Shown here piece after piece: positions 9,634-18,264 of a stretch of 64,000 bases of DNA. The DNA lies in NCBI GenBank assembly GCA_028292405.1, contig JAQGMJ010000083.1, forward strand, positions 148,676 through 212,675. The letters are read 5' to 3'. Each line of letters starts with the position of its first letter. Within the stretch, counting starts at the first letter, position 1. Source of the stretch: Betaproteobacteria bacterium (GTDB taxonomy: Bacteria > Pseudomonadota > Gammaproteobacteria > Burkholderiales > JAEUOS01). The notes under the pieces are model-generated. The model saw only the letters and a list, made by a program, of their open reading frames with translations, ran no database searches and was not told where the DNA came from. The translations under genes were made by a program, and so were the position numbers.

Positions 9634-11817
9634 CTAGTGTGCCAGCGGGTCCGGGCGCACCTGCACCTTGTAGACCTTCGGGTAATTCTTTTTGCCGCCC
9701 TCGTTGTGGAACACGGCGCGGGTACCGGAGGTGGTCCAGAGTCCGCGGCCCTTCCAGCCGGCCTTCGGGTCGTCGATGCGGCCGTCGACGTTCTTGGTGA
9801 AAAAGCCCATCGGGTAAGGCACGTGGATGTTGACGAACTTGCCGTTCACCACCGCCAGCAGCGATTCACCGCCGTTGAGTTCGGCGATCGGCACATCCTT
9901 GCCCAGGCCCAGGGTATTGAAGCGGTCAACCCAGACGTAATAGGCATGGTCGGCAGCGCCCTCGGAAGTCACGCCCTTGAACTGCGGGCCAGGGAACTTG
10001 TAGATCGTCCAGCCTTCGGGGCAATGCTTGCCGGTCATTGCCGCCGGGCCGTTCAGCGGGCCCTTGCACTTGCGGCGGTCGAAACTGCCCATGTGGCCGC
10101 TGGAGAACACGGTCCAGGCCACGCCGTCGGAAGTCAGGTCGATGCCGCGCGAGCCGTAGATGCCGTCCGGCGGCAGGTAGACCTCGGTCAGCGCCGTGTT
10201 GGTCGGATCAGACCCCGGCACCATGCGCAGGATATAGCCCGGCTGGTCGATGCGGGTGAAGCCCACGTCCATCGCCTGGCCCCAGATCGAATCGTCCGCC
10301 GGGCTCGGCTGCACGCCGTAGAAGGCAGCCATGATGCGGCGGTCCTTGGACGGGTCAAGCGGGTCCTTGGCTTCGGTGTAGGCGTCGCGCTTGCCGTTGC
10401 CGTTGGTGTCGAGGATGATCGGCGTCCAGCCCTGCGACTTCTGCTCGTCGCCGGTGGCGTCGAACATCTTGGTGTTGATGAAGCCGACCACGCCGCTTTG
10501 CGGGCCGCCCTGGGAAGTCCACAGGGTGTTGTTCTTGTCATGCCCGAAGTACAGATGGTGGGTCGAGAAGCAGGTGTTGATGTGGCGCCACTTGCCGGTC
10601 TTCGGGTCATAGGTGGAGAACTGACGCTCCGAATCCTTCTGCGGCGCGATTTTCGCCGAAGGCAGGCTGGAGCCTTCCTTGCAATACTCGGGGTTCTCGG
10701 CGCCGCGTATGCGCGCGCTCACCCACAGACGGCCCTTCTCGTCGAGCATCGGATTGTGGATGCTGGAGTGGCCGTCCCAGATCGGCTCCTCGCCCCAGTG
10801 CGGCGAAGGCTGCATCGCCAGGGTTTTGGAGGAAGGCGTGTTTGGGTCGATGTAGGGATGGACGATGAAGCCGGCCTTGTTGCGCACCGGGTCGAGCGTC
10901 GGAATCTTGTCCGTGCTCTCTTCGGGCGAGCCGTAGATCAGGCCGTTGGCATTGACCGTGGGGTTGCGCTTGTCGGTGGACACCGAGTCATGCAGATAGT
11001 ATTGCGGCTGCGACCAGTCCCAGCTGGTGATCACCACGTTGCGCTCCACGCCTTGGGGGCGCTCCGGCTTGGACTCGGGCAGGGCGCCGGCGGCGATACG
11101 GTCGGTCCAGTCGGCGAACAGCTGCAGGCCCTTCTCCGGCCCAATGCGCCCGAGGGTGCGCGCCATGTTGAACATCGCCTGGCCCGACTGCGTGCGCCGC
11201 GCCCAGCCGGCGAAACTGCTGTCGAAATGGCCGAGGTTTTGCGTGCCGTGGCGAATCCACGCCGAGCCCAGCGCATGGCAGGACTGGCAGGAGTTCTTCA
11301 CCGTGTCGATCCAGTAAGCCTGGGTCTTGATCACTTCGGGAATGCCGTTGCCCTTTTCACCAGTGCCGGGGAACGCGCTGACCGGCGGAATCTCCAGCAG
11401 CGAGTACCAGTACACGCCGGGATAATATTCAGCGGCGGCCTTCGCGCTCGGCGCGATCACGGCGGTAAGCGCAACCTGCTTGCCGGGACGGACGTCGATT
11501 TTTTCGGAATCCACCAGGCCGTAGCCGCGCGCCCATACCTTGTAGCTGGCCTTGGGCAATTGCGGGATCACGAAACGTCCCTGGTCGTCGGTCACCACCA
11601 TCTTCGAATAACCGGTGGGCAGGTCGTGGGTCTCGGCGATCACCCAGACACCGGCCTCGGGGCCGTTCGGCCCGGTGACGGTGCCGCCGATGTCGGTGCC
11701 GCCGATGCGCACGGCAGGCGCCGGTGCGGCCAGGGCGGCAGGCGCGAGATGCGCGCACGCCAGTGCAATGCCGATCGCGGCGGCGAGCCGCGTGCGGGCA
11801 TATCGATTCTTGTTCAT
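9634..11817 (-). CDS. Large secreted protein: beta-sandwich (carboxypeptidase-regulatory-like) domain, single CxxCH heme-c motif and large C-terminal domain
   Basis: ATG at 11817 with AGGAGA upstream. Signal peptide MNKNRYARTRLAAAIGIALACAHLAPAALA, N-domain GTVTGPNGPEAGVWVIAE..DDQGRFVIPQLPKASYKVWARGYG, and CQSCH encoded at 11275-11289. The extension to 12129 is rejected. Confidence 0.85.
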   Translation of the reverse strand: MNKNRYARTRLAAAIGIALACAHLAPAALAAPAPAVRIGGTDIGGTVTGPNGPEAGVWVIAETHDLPTGYSKMVVTDDQGRFVIPQLPKASYKVWARGYGLVDSEKIDVRPGKQVALTAVIAPSAKAAAEYYPGVYWYSLLEIPPVSAFPGTGEKGNGIPEVIKTQAYWIDTVKNSCQSCHALGSAWIRHGTQNLGHFDSSFAGWARRTQSGQAMFNMARTLGRIGPEKGLQLFADWTDRIAAGALPESKPERPQGVERNVVITSWDWSQPQYYLHDSVSTDKRNPTVNANGLIYGSPEESTDKIPTLDPVRNKAGFIVHPYIDPNTPSSKTLAMQPSPHWGEEPIWDGHSSIHNPMLDEKGRLWVSARIRGAENPEYCKEGSSLPSAKIAPQKDSERQFSTYDPKTGKWRHINTCFSTHHLYFGHDKNNTLWTSQGGPQSGVVGFINTKMFDATGDEQKSQGWTPIILDTNGNGKRDAYTEAKDPLDPSKDRRIMAAFYGVQPSPADDSIWGQAMDVGFTRIDQPGYILRMVPGSDPTNTALTEVYLPPDGIYGSRGIDLTSDGVAWTVFSSGHMGSFDRRKCKGPLNGPAAMTGKHCPEGWTIYKFPGPQFKGVTSEGAADHAYYVWVDRFNTLGLGKDVPIAELNGGESLLAVVNGKFVNIHVPYPMGFFTKNVDGRIDDPKAGWKGRGLWTTSGTRAVFHNEGGKKNYPKVYKVQVRPDPLAH

Positions 11818-12192
11818 GAGTCTCTCTCCTCTTGGTTGCACCCGGGTCTCGCGCCCAGGGTGATCGGTGCATGCAGCCGGCGCTGGCCCTCGGCTATAGT
11901 GCCGCGTGCGGACGGACCGCGCGATTCGCGCTGCATCTTTGTCTCGGTGACTGTTGTCGTCTCCTTGGCGCGGCGTGGCCGCACGGGATTTCGCTTTTCT
12001 CCCGGCGTGCTCAAGCGAGTGACGCCGGGTCGGGTAATTCGCGCAATGATGCGCTCGCGGCGGGCGGAAAACAAGTGCAACTTCTCTATTGATTATTGCA
12101 TCCATTGCATTAATGGACGCGAGTTGCACAGGGTCCTTATTCAGCTGCAGCGCATCCCGCGCAGCAGCTCCCGGGTATTGCGCAATGCGGGC

Positions 12193-13407
12193 CTAGCGCG
12201 GCGGCTCGCCCGCGTCTTTCGGCCAGAGCACGTAGAGCTCGCCGTTCTGGCGCATGCGCCCGGCCTCGCGGGTGGCGTCTTCGCCGAAGCCCCAGAAAAA
12301 GTCGGCGCGATTGGCCCCGTTGATGGCGCCGCCGGTGTCCTGCGCCAGCATCAGGCGCTGCAGCGGCTTGGGCGAATTCGGCCAGGTGGTGGCCAGCCAC
12401 ACCGGCGCGCCCAGGGGCGTGAAGCGCGGGTCCACGGCGATCGAGCGCATCGCCGTGAGCGGCTGGCCGAGCGCGCCTTGCGGGCCTTCGTCGCCGGCGC
12501 GCGACTCGCGGAAGAACACATAGCTGGGATTGTGGTTCAGCAGTTCGTTCAGGCGCGCCGGGTTGGCGACGGCCCAGGCCTTGATGCCCTGCATCGACGC
12601 CTGCTCCAGTTTCATCTCGCCCTGGTCGACCAGGTAGCGGCCCACCGACTTGTAGGGGTAGCCGTTCTGGTCGGCGTAGTTCAGGTGCACCATGGAGCCG
12701 CTGTCGAGCTTGATGCGTCCGGAACCCTGGATCATCAGGAAAAACAGTTCCACCGGGTCGTCCACGTAAAGCAACGGCTTGGAAGTGGAAAGGCCGGCGC
12801 CGGCCCCGGCCTCGATCTCTTCGCGCGAATAGTAGGGCACCACCTTTTTTCCATCGAGTCGGCCGCGCAGGCGCTGGCCCTTCAGGTCGGGGCGCAGGTC
12901 GCCGAGGTCGATGGTCAGCAGGTCGTCGGGCGCGGCGTAGGCGGCGTAGAGGTAGGGCGCCTTCTTGCCGCGGCTGCCGTTGAGCAGCGGCTCATAGTAG
13001 CCGGTGATGATGCCGGGGGCTGCGTCGCGGATCCACGGCGTGAAGCGCGATTCGAAAAACGCGCGTGCCTGCGCCGGGCCGGCGTTTTGCGCGTCGTTGC
13101 ACACGGCAGTCCAGGCGCTCTGGCGGCGCAGGCTCTTGCAACTGGCGAGAAACGGGGCCCAGGCTTCCTGTTGCGCCTCGTCGTTCCAACCCGGCAACTG
13201 GCCGAAGCCGGCGCTTTTCCAGCCCGGCTTGACCGGCGTGGGTTCAACCGGCTTTTCGCAATTGCACGGCGCGCAGGTGTTGGCGGCCGGTGCGCAGGTC
13301 TGTGCGACCGGCGCCATCGGCGGCGTGCGCGGCGGACTCTGGGCAGCGCAGCCGGCCAGCAGCAGCACGGCGGCTACAATGCTGACTGAGCCGCGCGGCA
13401 AACGCAT
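12193..13407 (-). CDS. mltA: Membrane-bound lytic murein transglycosylase A (lipoprotein)
   Basis: ATG at 13407 gives the lipobox MRLPRGSVSIVAAVLLLAGC. MltA/3D-domain motifs are present (YYEP, GSGRIKL, YADQNGYPYKSVG, LAQDTGGAINGANRADFFWG). Confidence 0.9.
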   Translation of the reverse strand: MRLPRGSVSIVAAVLLLAGCAAQSPPRTPPMAPVAQTCAPAANTCAPCNCEKPVEPTPVKPGWKSAGFGQLPGWNDEAQQEAWAPFLASCKSLRRQSAWTAVCNDAQNAGPAQARAFFESRFTPWIRDAAPGIITGYYEPLLNGSRGKKAPYLYAAYAAPDDLLTIDLGDLRPDLKGQRLRGRLDGKKVVPYYSREEIEAGAGAGLSTSKPLLYVDDPVELFFLMIQGSGRIKLDSGSMVHLNYADQNGYPYKSVGRYLVDQGEMKLEQASMQGIKAWAVANPARLNELLNHNPSYVFFRESRAGDEGPQGALGQPLTAMRSIAVDPRFTPLGAPVWLATTWPNSPKPLQRLMLAQDTGGAINGANRADFFWGFGEDATREAGRMRQNGELYVLWPKDAGEPPR

Positions 13408-13426
13408 CGTACCGGCCAGGCTGGAA

Positions 13427-13591
13427 ATGGAGAACAAGGTGTTCGAGAGCGGTTTGTGGGTCATCGTGCTGGAAATGTGTACCGCCTTCGGCCTGGGCGC
13501 GTTCATTATATGGTGGACCTGGCCGCGCAAGCCGAAGCCGCCGGCGGGGAACGAAAAAGCGGGCGAAAAAGCAAACGAGAAAAGGAACTAG
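13427..13591 (+). CDS. Possible small membrane protein (54 aa)
   Basis: ATG at 13427, read divergently from mltA. It has one hydrophobic helix (GLWVIVLEMCTAFGLGAFIIWWTW), a Lys/Glu-rich tail and mostly GC3 codons. There is no strong SD and I recognise no family. Confidence 0.4.
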   Translation: MENKVFESGLWVIVLEMCTAFGLGAFIIWWTWPRKPKPPAGNEKAGEKANEKRN

Positions 13592-13637
13592 CGCGAAAGC
13601 GTGGGGCAAAAAGCGCTTCCGCCTGCCGCGCTGCCGC

Positions 13638-14192
13638 TCATCGAAATGCGGATCGCCGCCGGTGACGCTGGATCGCCCGCAGCCGGATGCTGATGCGCCC
13701 GGGCTTCCAGCGCGAAAACCAGGCGCGGATGGCGGCGCGGATCGCCTCCACCCTTTGCCAGGCGCCCGAGGCCATCACCCAGCCGTAGAGCTTGGCGCGA
13801 ATGCGCATGACGAAGTTGTATAGCGTGACGAACCAGGCGAGCGTCATCAGCTGGGGTTTGGTCAAAGTGAAGATGCGTGCCACCAGCGCCGTGCCGACCA
13901 GCTTGGCGGCGAGAATCACCTGGCAACCGAGCATGGCGTGGTGGTTGGCGATGAGCCAGACGGCGGCGAGCTTGACCGGCAGTAGCAAAGCACCGGGAAA
14001 CAGGAAGGCGACGGCAGCGCCATAAGGCGGCAAGCGGCTGATCCACGCCTCGATCGAGCGCATCACCGGCAGCTTGCCGACGGCCGCCATGATGCGCTTG
14101 AGGGCCTCCCACAGCACCTCCTCGACAAACATCAGCAGCGCGGCCAGCAGCATCAGCGGCGGCATCAGCAGGGTACGAAGGGGGCGGCGCAT
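13638..14192 (-). CDS. Hypothetical integral membrane protein
   Basis: ATG at 14192, with several hydrophobic helices (LLMPPLMLLAALLMFV, AAVAFLFPGALLLPVKLAAVWLI, CQVILAAKLVGTALVARIF) and GC3-rich codons. Confidence 0.7.
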   Translation of the reverse strand: MRRPLRTLLMPPLMLLAALLMFVEEVLWEALKRIMAAVGKLPVMRSIEAWISRLPPYGAAVAFLFPGALLLPVKLAAVWLIANHHAMLGCQVILAAKLVGTALVARIFTLTKPQLMTLAWFVTLYNFVMRIRAKLYGWVMASGAWQRVEAIRAAIRAWFSRWKPGRISIRLRAIQRHRRRSAFR

Positions 14193-14249
14193 GGCGATAT
14201 CCTGAAGGCGGACGGGCGGGTGGACGGGGGGCGAATGAAGGCCTGCGCC

Positions 14250-14627
14250 TTAGTGCAGGGTACGCGGCATCGACAGCACGAATTCCGCAATCGGCGCATC
14301 GAACTGGGTGCCGTCTTCCGCCACCATTTGATAAGTGCCGCGCATCGTGCCTACCGGGGTGCCGAGCGGAGTACCGCTCTGGTACTGGAACTCCTCGCCG
14401 GGTTTGAGCAGCGGCTGGTGGCCGACCACGCCCAGGCCCTTGACCTCCTGGCTGCGGCCTTCGGCATCGGTGATGATCCAGTGCCGGCTGATCAATTGGG
14501 CCGGCATGCTGCCGGTGTTTTTCAGCGTGACGAAGTAGGCGAAGACGAAAGGCCCGCTCGCTGTGTCCGACTGTTCAGGCACGAACTGCGTGCGCACGCT
14601 GACTGTAATTTCGTATTTGCCGCTCAT
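14250..14627 (-). CDS. apaG: ApaG (DUF525) protein
   Basis: ATG at 14627 (MSGKYEITVSV..). The pattern FAYFVTLKNTG..QLISRHWIITDAEG..EVKGLGVVG.QP.L.PGE.F.Y.S is typical of ApaG. Confidence 0.9.
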   Translation of the reverse strand: MSGKYEITVSVRTQFVPEQSDTASGPFVFAYFVTLKNTGSMPAQLISRHWIITDAEGRSQEVKGLGVVGHQPLLKPGEEFQYQSGTPLGTPVGTMRGTYQMVAEDGTQFDAPIAEFVLSMPRTLH

Positions 14628-14868
14628 GCGGTGCATTGCACACGAAATCGCGGCAATGCGCAAGCGCGCAGCGGTGGGCTCAGTGGTAAGCAAGGCCGAG
14701 CAGCAAGGTGCCGGTGAACAGCAACAACAGCGCGAAAACGGCAGAGAGTGAAAGATTGCCGGGCATGGGTCTCGAAACGATTGAGGGTGGCGGCAGGAAC
14801 CGCAGCTTGGGGAGTTGGACGAAGGCGAGCCCCGCGAGTTCCGCGAATCGCCGGACAAATTAAGCGGC

Positions 14869-14900
14869 AATGCCGGGAGGATGCTGCCGGCATTTTTTTT
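14869..14900 (+). terminator. Hairpin followed by T8 on the plus strand (orphan terminator)
   Basis: aatgccgg (14869-14876) pairs with ccggcatt (14887-14894), running into tttttttt (14893-14900). No annotated plus-strand gene ends here. Confidence 0.45.
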
Positions 14901-14903
14901 GTC

Positions 14904-15647
14904 CTACGGACGCCAGGCGATGGCGCGGGTGCGGGCCGGCGCATAGCCGAACGGAGCGCTGTCCTCGCTGCTGCCAAGATCGACGGCGATCACTTCCGGC
15001 GGCAGGTCGGCGCCGCGGTTGCTGGCGTAGGCGACGGCGGCGACCATGTACTGGCCAAGGCTGTCGATTTCCAGGCGCAGCCGGCCCGGGCCCTCATGGC
15101 CGTCGGCGAGGAAATAGTCGCAGGCTTCGGCCAGTTCACGGTTCACCTGTTCGTAACGCGGGTCGGTAAAGCGCGGCCGCACGCAGTTGCGCACACCGCC
15201 ATCGGCCTCGACCGCCTGGCTGGTCCAGGCGGCGGCACGGGTGAGGGTGACGGGCAGTTTGCGGCGGCCATCGGCGCTCGTCCAGGTGCCGCTGATGTGT
15301 TCGCCGTCTTTGCTCAGCTTGGTCTCGAAGCGGCCAGCTTGGGCCACCTTGCCGCGTGCGCCGGTAAGGGTTGCGCGCAGGGCCAGGCGGCCGTCAGGCC
15401 TAAGTTGCCCGGCGACCTGGAAGTCCTGCTGGTTCCAGCCCAGTGCCGGATGGTAGCTGCCGCTGACGGCGACGACGCCGGCGGCGCTGGGTTCCAGAGT
15501 CAGCAGCACATTGTTGCCTTCGCCGATCTCACCCACATATACCCCTTGCGCCGGGTTTTCCGCCGGCGACGCGGCGTGCGCCGTGCCGCAGTGCAGCGTA
15601 AATGCGGTGAGCAGCGAAGCGGCGATGGCGTGCAGGCGGGCGGACAT
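14904..15647 (-). CDS. Secreted hypothetical protein
   Basis: ATG at 15647 with AGGAAACC upstream. Signal peptide MSARLHAIAASLLTAFTLHCGTAHA. I recognise no motif. Confidence 0.7.
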   Translation of the reverse strand: MSARLHAIAASLLTAFTLHCGTAHAASPAENPAQGVYVGEIGEGNNVLLTLEPSAAGVVAVSGSYHPALGWNQQDFQVAGQLRPDGRLALRATLTGARGKVAQAGRFETKLSKDGEHISGTWTSADGRRKLPVTLTRAAAWTSQAVEADGGVRNCVRPRFTDPRYEQVNRELAEACDYFLADGHEGPGRLRLEIDSLGQYMVAAVAYASNRGADLPPEVIAVDLGSSEDSAPFGYAPARTRAIAWRP

Positions 15648-15910
15648 GGTGGTTTCCTCGTTGGCCGGCAGCGGGTGCTTGCCGATGGATACCATTTCAA
15701 CGCCGGGCGCTGGCCGGTTCGGGGCTTGAAAGCGCCGTCCTGATGAACAAAAGTGGCCGAATTCTGGCGCTTATTTGCAAACTGTTGCGGCGCTGTATGC
15801 CGCACAATCGCCCTTCGCGTTAAAGTACCGTCCGTTTTGCTTTGCCGGCGTCATTCCGCGCAGCAACACATGACAGCGGAAGTGCCGGCAGGGTTCGAGG
15901 AGAAAACGCA

Positions 15911-16672
15911 GTGCGCGGGCTGATTGAAAAATTCTGGGTGATTGCCCTGGTATGCGCGCTGGCAGGCTGCGCGACGCACAAGCCGGTGCCGGACAGCGTC
16001 GCGCTGGCCGACGTCACCCGTTTTTCCACCGGCAAGCCGGGCGAGGTGCTGCCGGGAAGCTGGCAGCCGTGGACCCTGTCAAAGCTGAAGAAGTCCACTG
16101 CCTACCGCATGGTGCAGGACGACGGCAAGACCGTGATCAGCGCCCGCGCCGATGCCTCCGCTTCCGGGCTGATCCATCCCCTGGCCAATCTCGACCCGAA
16201 TGCTTATGGCGAACTGTCCTGGCGCTGGAAGGTGGAAGACCTGATCAAGGGCGCCGACAACACGCGCGGCAACCGTGAAGACTCGCCGGTGCGCCTGGTG
16301 GTGACCTTCGCCGGCGACATGGAAAAACTCGACTTCGGCGAAAAGATGTTCTTCTCCCAGGTGAAGGCGATGACCGGGCAGCAGATGCCCTATGCCACGC
16401 TGATGTACATCTGGGAAAACCGCGCGAAAAAAGACCTGGTGATCGCCAACGGCCACACCGGGCGCATCAAGATGGTGGTGGCCGAGTCAGGGCGCGACAA
16501 GGTCGGGCGCTGGCAGGAGGTGCGGCGCAACCTGGTGGAAGACTACAAGCGCGCTTTCGGCGAGGAGCCGGGCGCCATCACGGCGATCGGCATCATGACC
16601 GACACCGATAACACCGGTGAAAAAGTGCACGCCTGGTACGGTGACATTTCCCTGCACAAGCACGTCGAATAG
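15911..16672 (+). CDS. DUF3047-like lipoprotein
   Basis: GTG at 15911 with GAGGAG upstream; lipobox VIALVCALAGC. The body resembles the DUF3047 family (WQPWTLSKLKKSTAY, DSPVRLVVTFAGD, LMYIWEN). Confidence 0.7.
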   Translation: MRGLIEKFWVIALVCALAGCATHKPVPDSVALADVTRFSTGKPGEVLPGSWQPWTLSKLKKSTAYRMVQDDGKTVISARADASASGLIHPLANLDPNAYGELSWRWKVEDLIKGADNTRGNREDSPVRLVVTFAGDMEKLDFGEKMFFSQVKAMTGQQMPYATLMYIWENRAKKDLVIANGHTGRIKMVVAESGRDKVGRWQEVRRNLVEDYKRAFGEEPGAITAIGIMTDTDNTGEKVHAWYGDISLHKHVE

Positions 16673-16734
16673 CCTTTGCCATTGATGTCCGAAAACGGCT
16701 AGTAAGAGCCGCCGCGCCGGCGTAGAGTGGCGTC

Positions 16735-18264
16735 ATGCAAACCATTGATTCAGGCGATGCCGGCGGCTACCTCGGCCACGCCCTTCGCCAGCACGAAAGC
16801 GACGGCACGGCGGCTGAAAACCTGTTCCGCGCCTACGAGACCCGCGACCCGCGCTTCGACGGGCGTTTTTTCGTCGCCGTGCGCAGCACGAAAATCTTTT
16901 GCCGCCCGGTTTGCCCGGCGCGCACGCCCAAGCGCGTCAACGTCACGTTCTATCCCAGTTCCGCCGCTGCTTTCGAAGCGGGCTATCGGCCCTGCCTGCG
17001 CTGCCGCCCGGAGCGCGCGCCGGCGGTGCGCGGGCAGGAGAGCGGCGGCGCGGCGCTGGTGTCGCGCGCGCTGGAGGCGATCGACGGCGGCGCGCTCAAC
17101 GAGGGTTCGCTGGAGGACTTGAGCGGGCGCATCGGCGTCACCGCGCGTCACTTGCGCCGCCTGTTCGAGGAGCACCTGGGCGCCTCGCCGATCGCGGTGG
17201 CGCAAATGCGCCGCCTGCTGTTCGCCAAGCAATTGATCGAGGAATCGGCGCTGCCGCTGACCCAGGTGGCGTTCGCTTCCGGCTTCGGCAGCGTGCGCCG
17301 CTTCAATGCGACCCTGAGCGCGGCTTACGGGCGCGCGCCCGGCAGCCTGCGGCGCCGCAACGCCGTGCAGGAAGATGAACTGGTGCAACTGCGCCTGGGC
17401 GGCATCGATGCCGAGCGCTTCGCCGGGCTGCTCGGCTTTTATCGCGCGCGTGCGTTTGCCGGCGTCGAATCGGTGGGCGAGGAAGACTATGCGCGAACCA
17501 TTCGCATCGGCGATGCCATAGGCACCATCGCCGCGCGCGGCGATGCCGACGGGCTGATACTGACCTGCGACTTCCCCGAGGCCGGGCGCCTGCCGGCGAT
17601 TGTCGCGCGGGTCAAGCGCATGTTCGACCTCGACGCGCCGGCGGCGGCGATCCGCGCGCACCTGCTGCGCGATCCGAAACTGAAAGCGGCGCTGCAAAAG
17701 CCGGCGCTCGGCGTGCCCTGCGCCTGGGATCCGTACGAACTCGCGGTGCGCGCGGTGCTGGGCCAGCAGGTCAGTGTCGCCGCCGCCACCACGCTGGCGG
17801 GACGCCTGGTGGCGAAACTGGGCGAACCAGTCAGTGTGACCGGCGTGCACGCCGAGCGCTTGCGCCTGGCGTTTCCGCGGCCCGAGGTGCTGGGCGCGGC
17901 GCAGGTGGACGATTTGCGCACCATCGGCCTGGTGCGGGCGCGGGCGGAAACGCTGATTTCGCTCGGGCGCCACATCTCCACCAACCTTTCCTGGCGCGAA
18001 CGCTATGTCGGGCTGGAGCAATTCAGCGCGGAGTTCTGCGAGCTGCCCGGCATCGGCCCGTGGACCGCGCAGTATGTGGCGATGCGGGGCTTCGCCGACC
18101 CCGACGCCTTTCCCTCCGGCGACTTGGGCCTGGTGCGCGCCGCCAAATCACTGGGTATCGCGCAAACGCCGAAAGAACTGCTGCAATACGCCGAGCGCTG
18201 GCGGCCCTGGCGGGCCTATGCCGCGCAGACCCTGTGGAATTACGAAGTCAGGAGTGCCGCATGA
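16735..18264 (+). CDS. ada: Ada-like regulatory domain fused to AlkA DNA-3-methyladenine glycosylase II
   Basis: It carries an N-terminal Ada zinc/methyl-acceptor motif (FCRPVCPAR..CLRC), an AraC-type HTH, and a C-terminal HhH-GPD glycosylase region (LPGIGPWTAQYVAMRGF.DPDAFP.GD). Confidence 0.85.
   Translation: MQTIDSGDAGGYLGHALRQHESDGTAAENLFRAYETRDPRFDGRFFVAVRSTKIFCRPVCPARTPKRVNVTFYPSSAAAFEAGYRPCLRCRPERAPAVRGQESGGAALVSRALEAIDGGALNEGSLEDLSGRIGVTARHLRRLFEEHLGASPIAVAQMRRLLFAKQLIEESALPLTQVAFASGFGSVRRFNATLSAAYGRAPGSLRRRNAVQEDELVQLRLGGIDAERFAGLLGFYRARAFAGVESVGEEDYARTIRIGDAIGTIAARGDADGLILTCDFPEAGRLPAIVARVKRMFDLDAPAAAIRAHLLRDPKLKAALQKPALGVPCAWDPYELAVRAVLGQQVSVAAATTLAGRLVAKLGEPVSVTGVHAERLRLAFPRPEVLGAAQVDDLRTIGLVRARAETLISLGRHISTNLSWRERYVGLEQFSAEFCELPGIGPWTAQYVAMRGFADPDAFPSGDLGLVRAAKSLGIAQTPKELLQYAERWRPWRAYAAQTLWNYEVRSAA

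Noticed and set aside
11818-12070. Riboswitch in the leader of the heme-c operon (Moco or cobalamin classes considered)
   Set aside because: I could not find the conserved core sequences of those classes by eye. It is kept only as an unexplained long leader that needs a covariance-model scan.
9523-13389. Longest ORF in the window (1288 aa, plus strand)
   Set aside because: It runs antisense to the 728-aa heme-c protein gene and to mltA, both of which have clear motifs, signal peptides and RBS-associated starts. Its translation is Arg/Ala/Gly/His-rich low-complexity sequence with no recognisable motif. This is the typical stop-codon-poor shadow frame of high-GC DNA.
14250-14870. 206-aa extended version of apaG
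   Set aside because: The first 81 residues are Cys/Ser/Pro-rich with no ApaG similarity. The conserved ApaG domain begins at ATG 14627.
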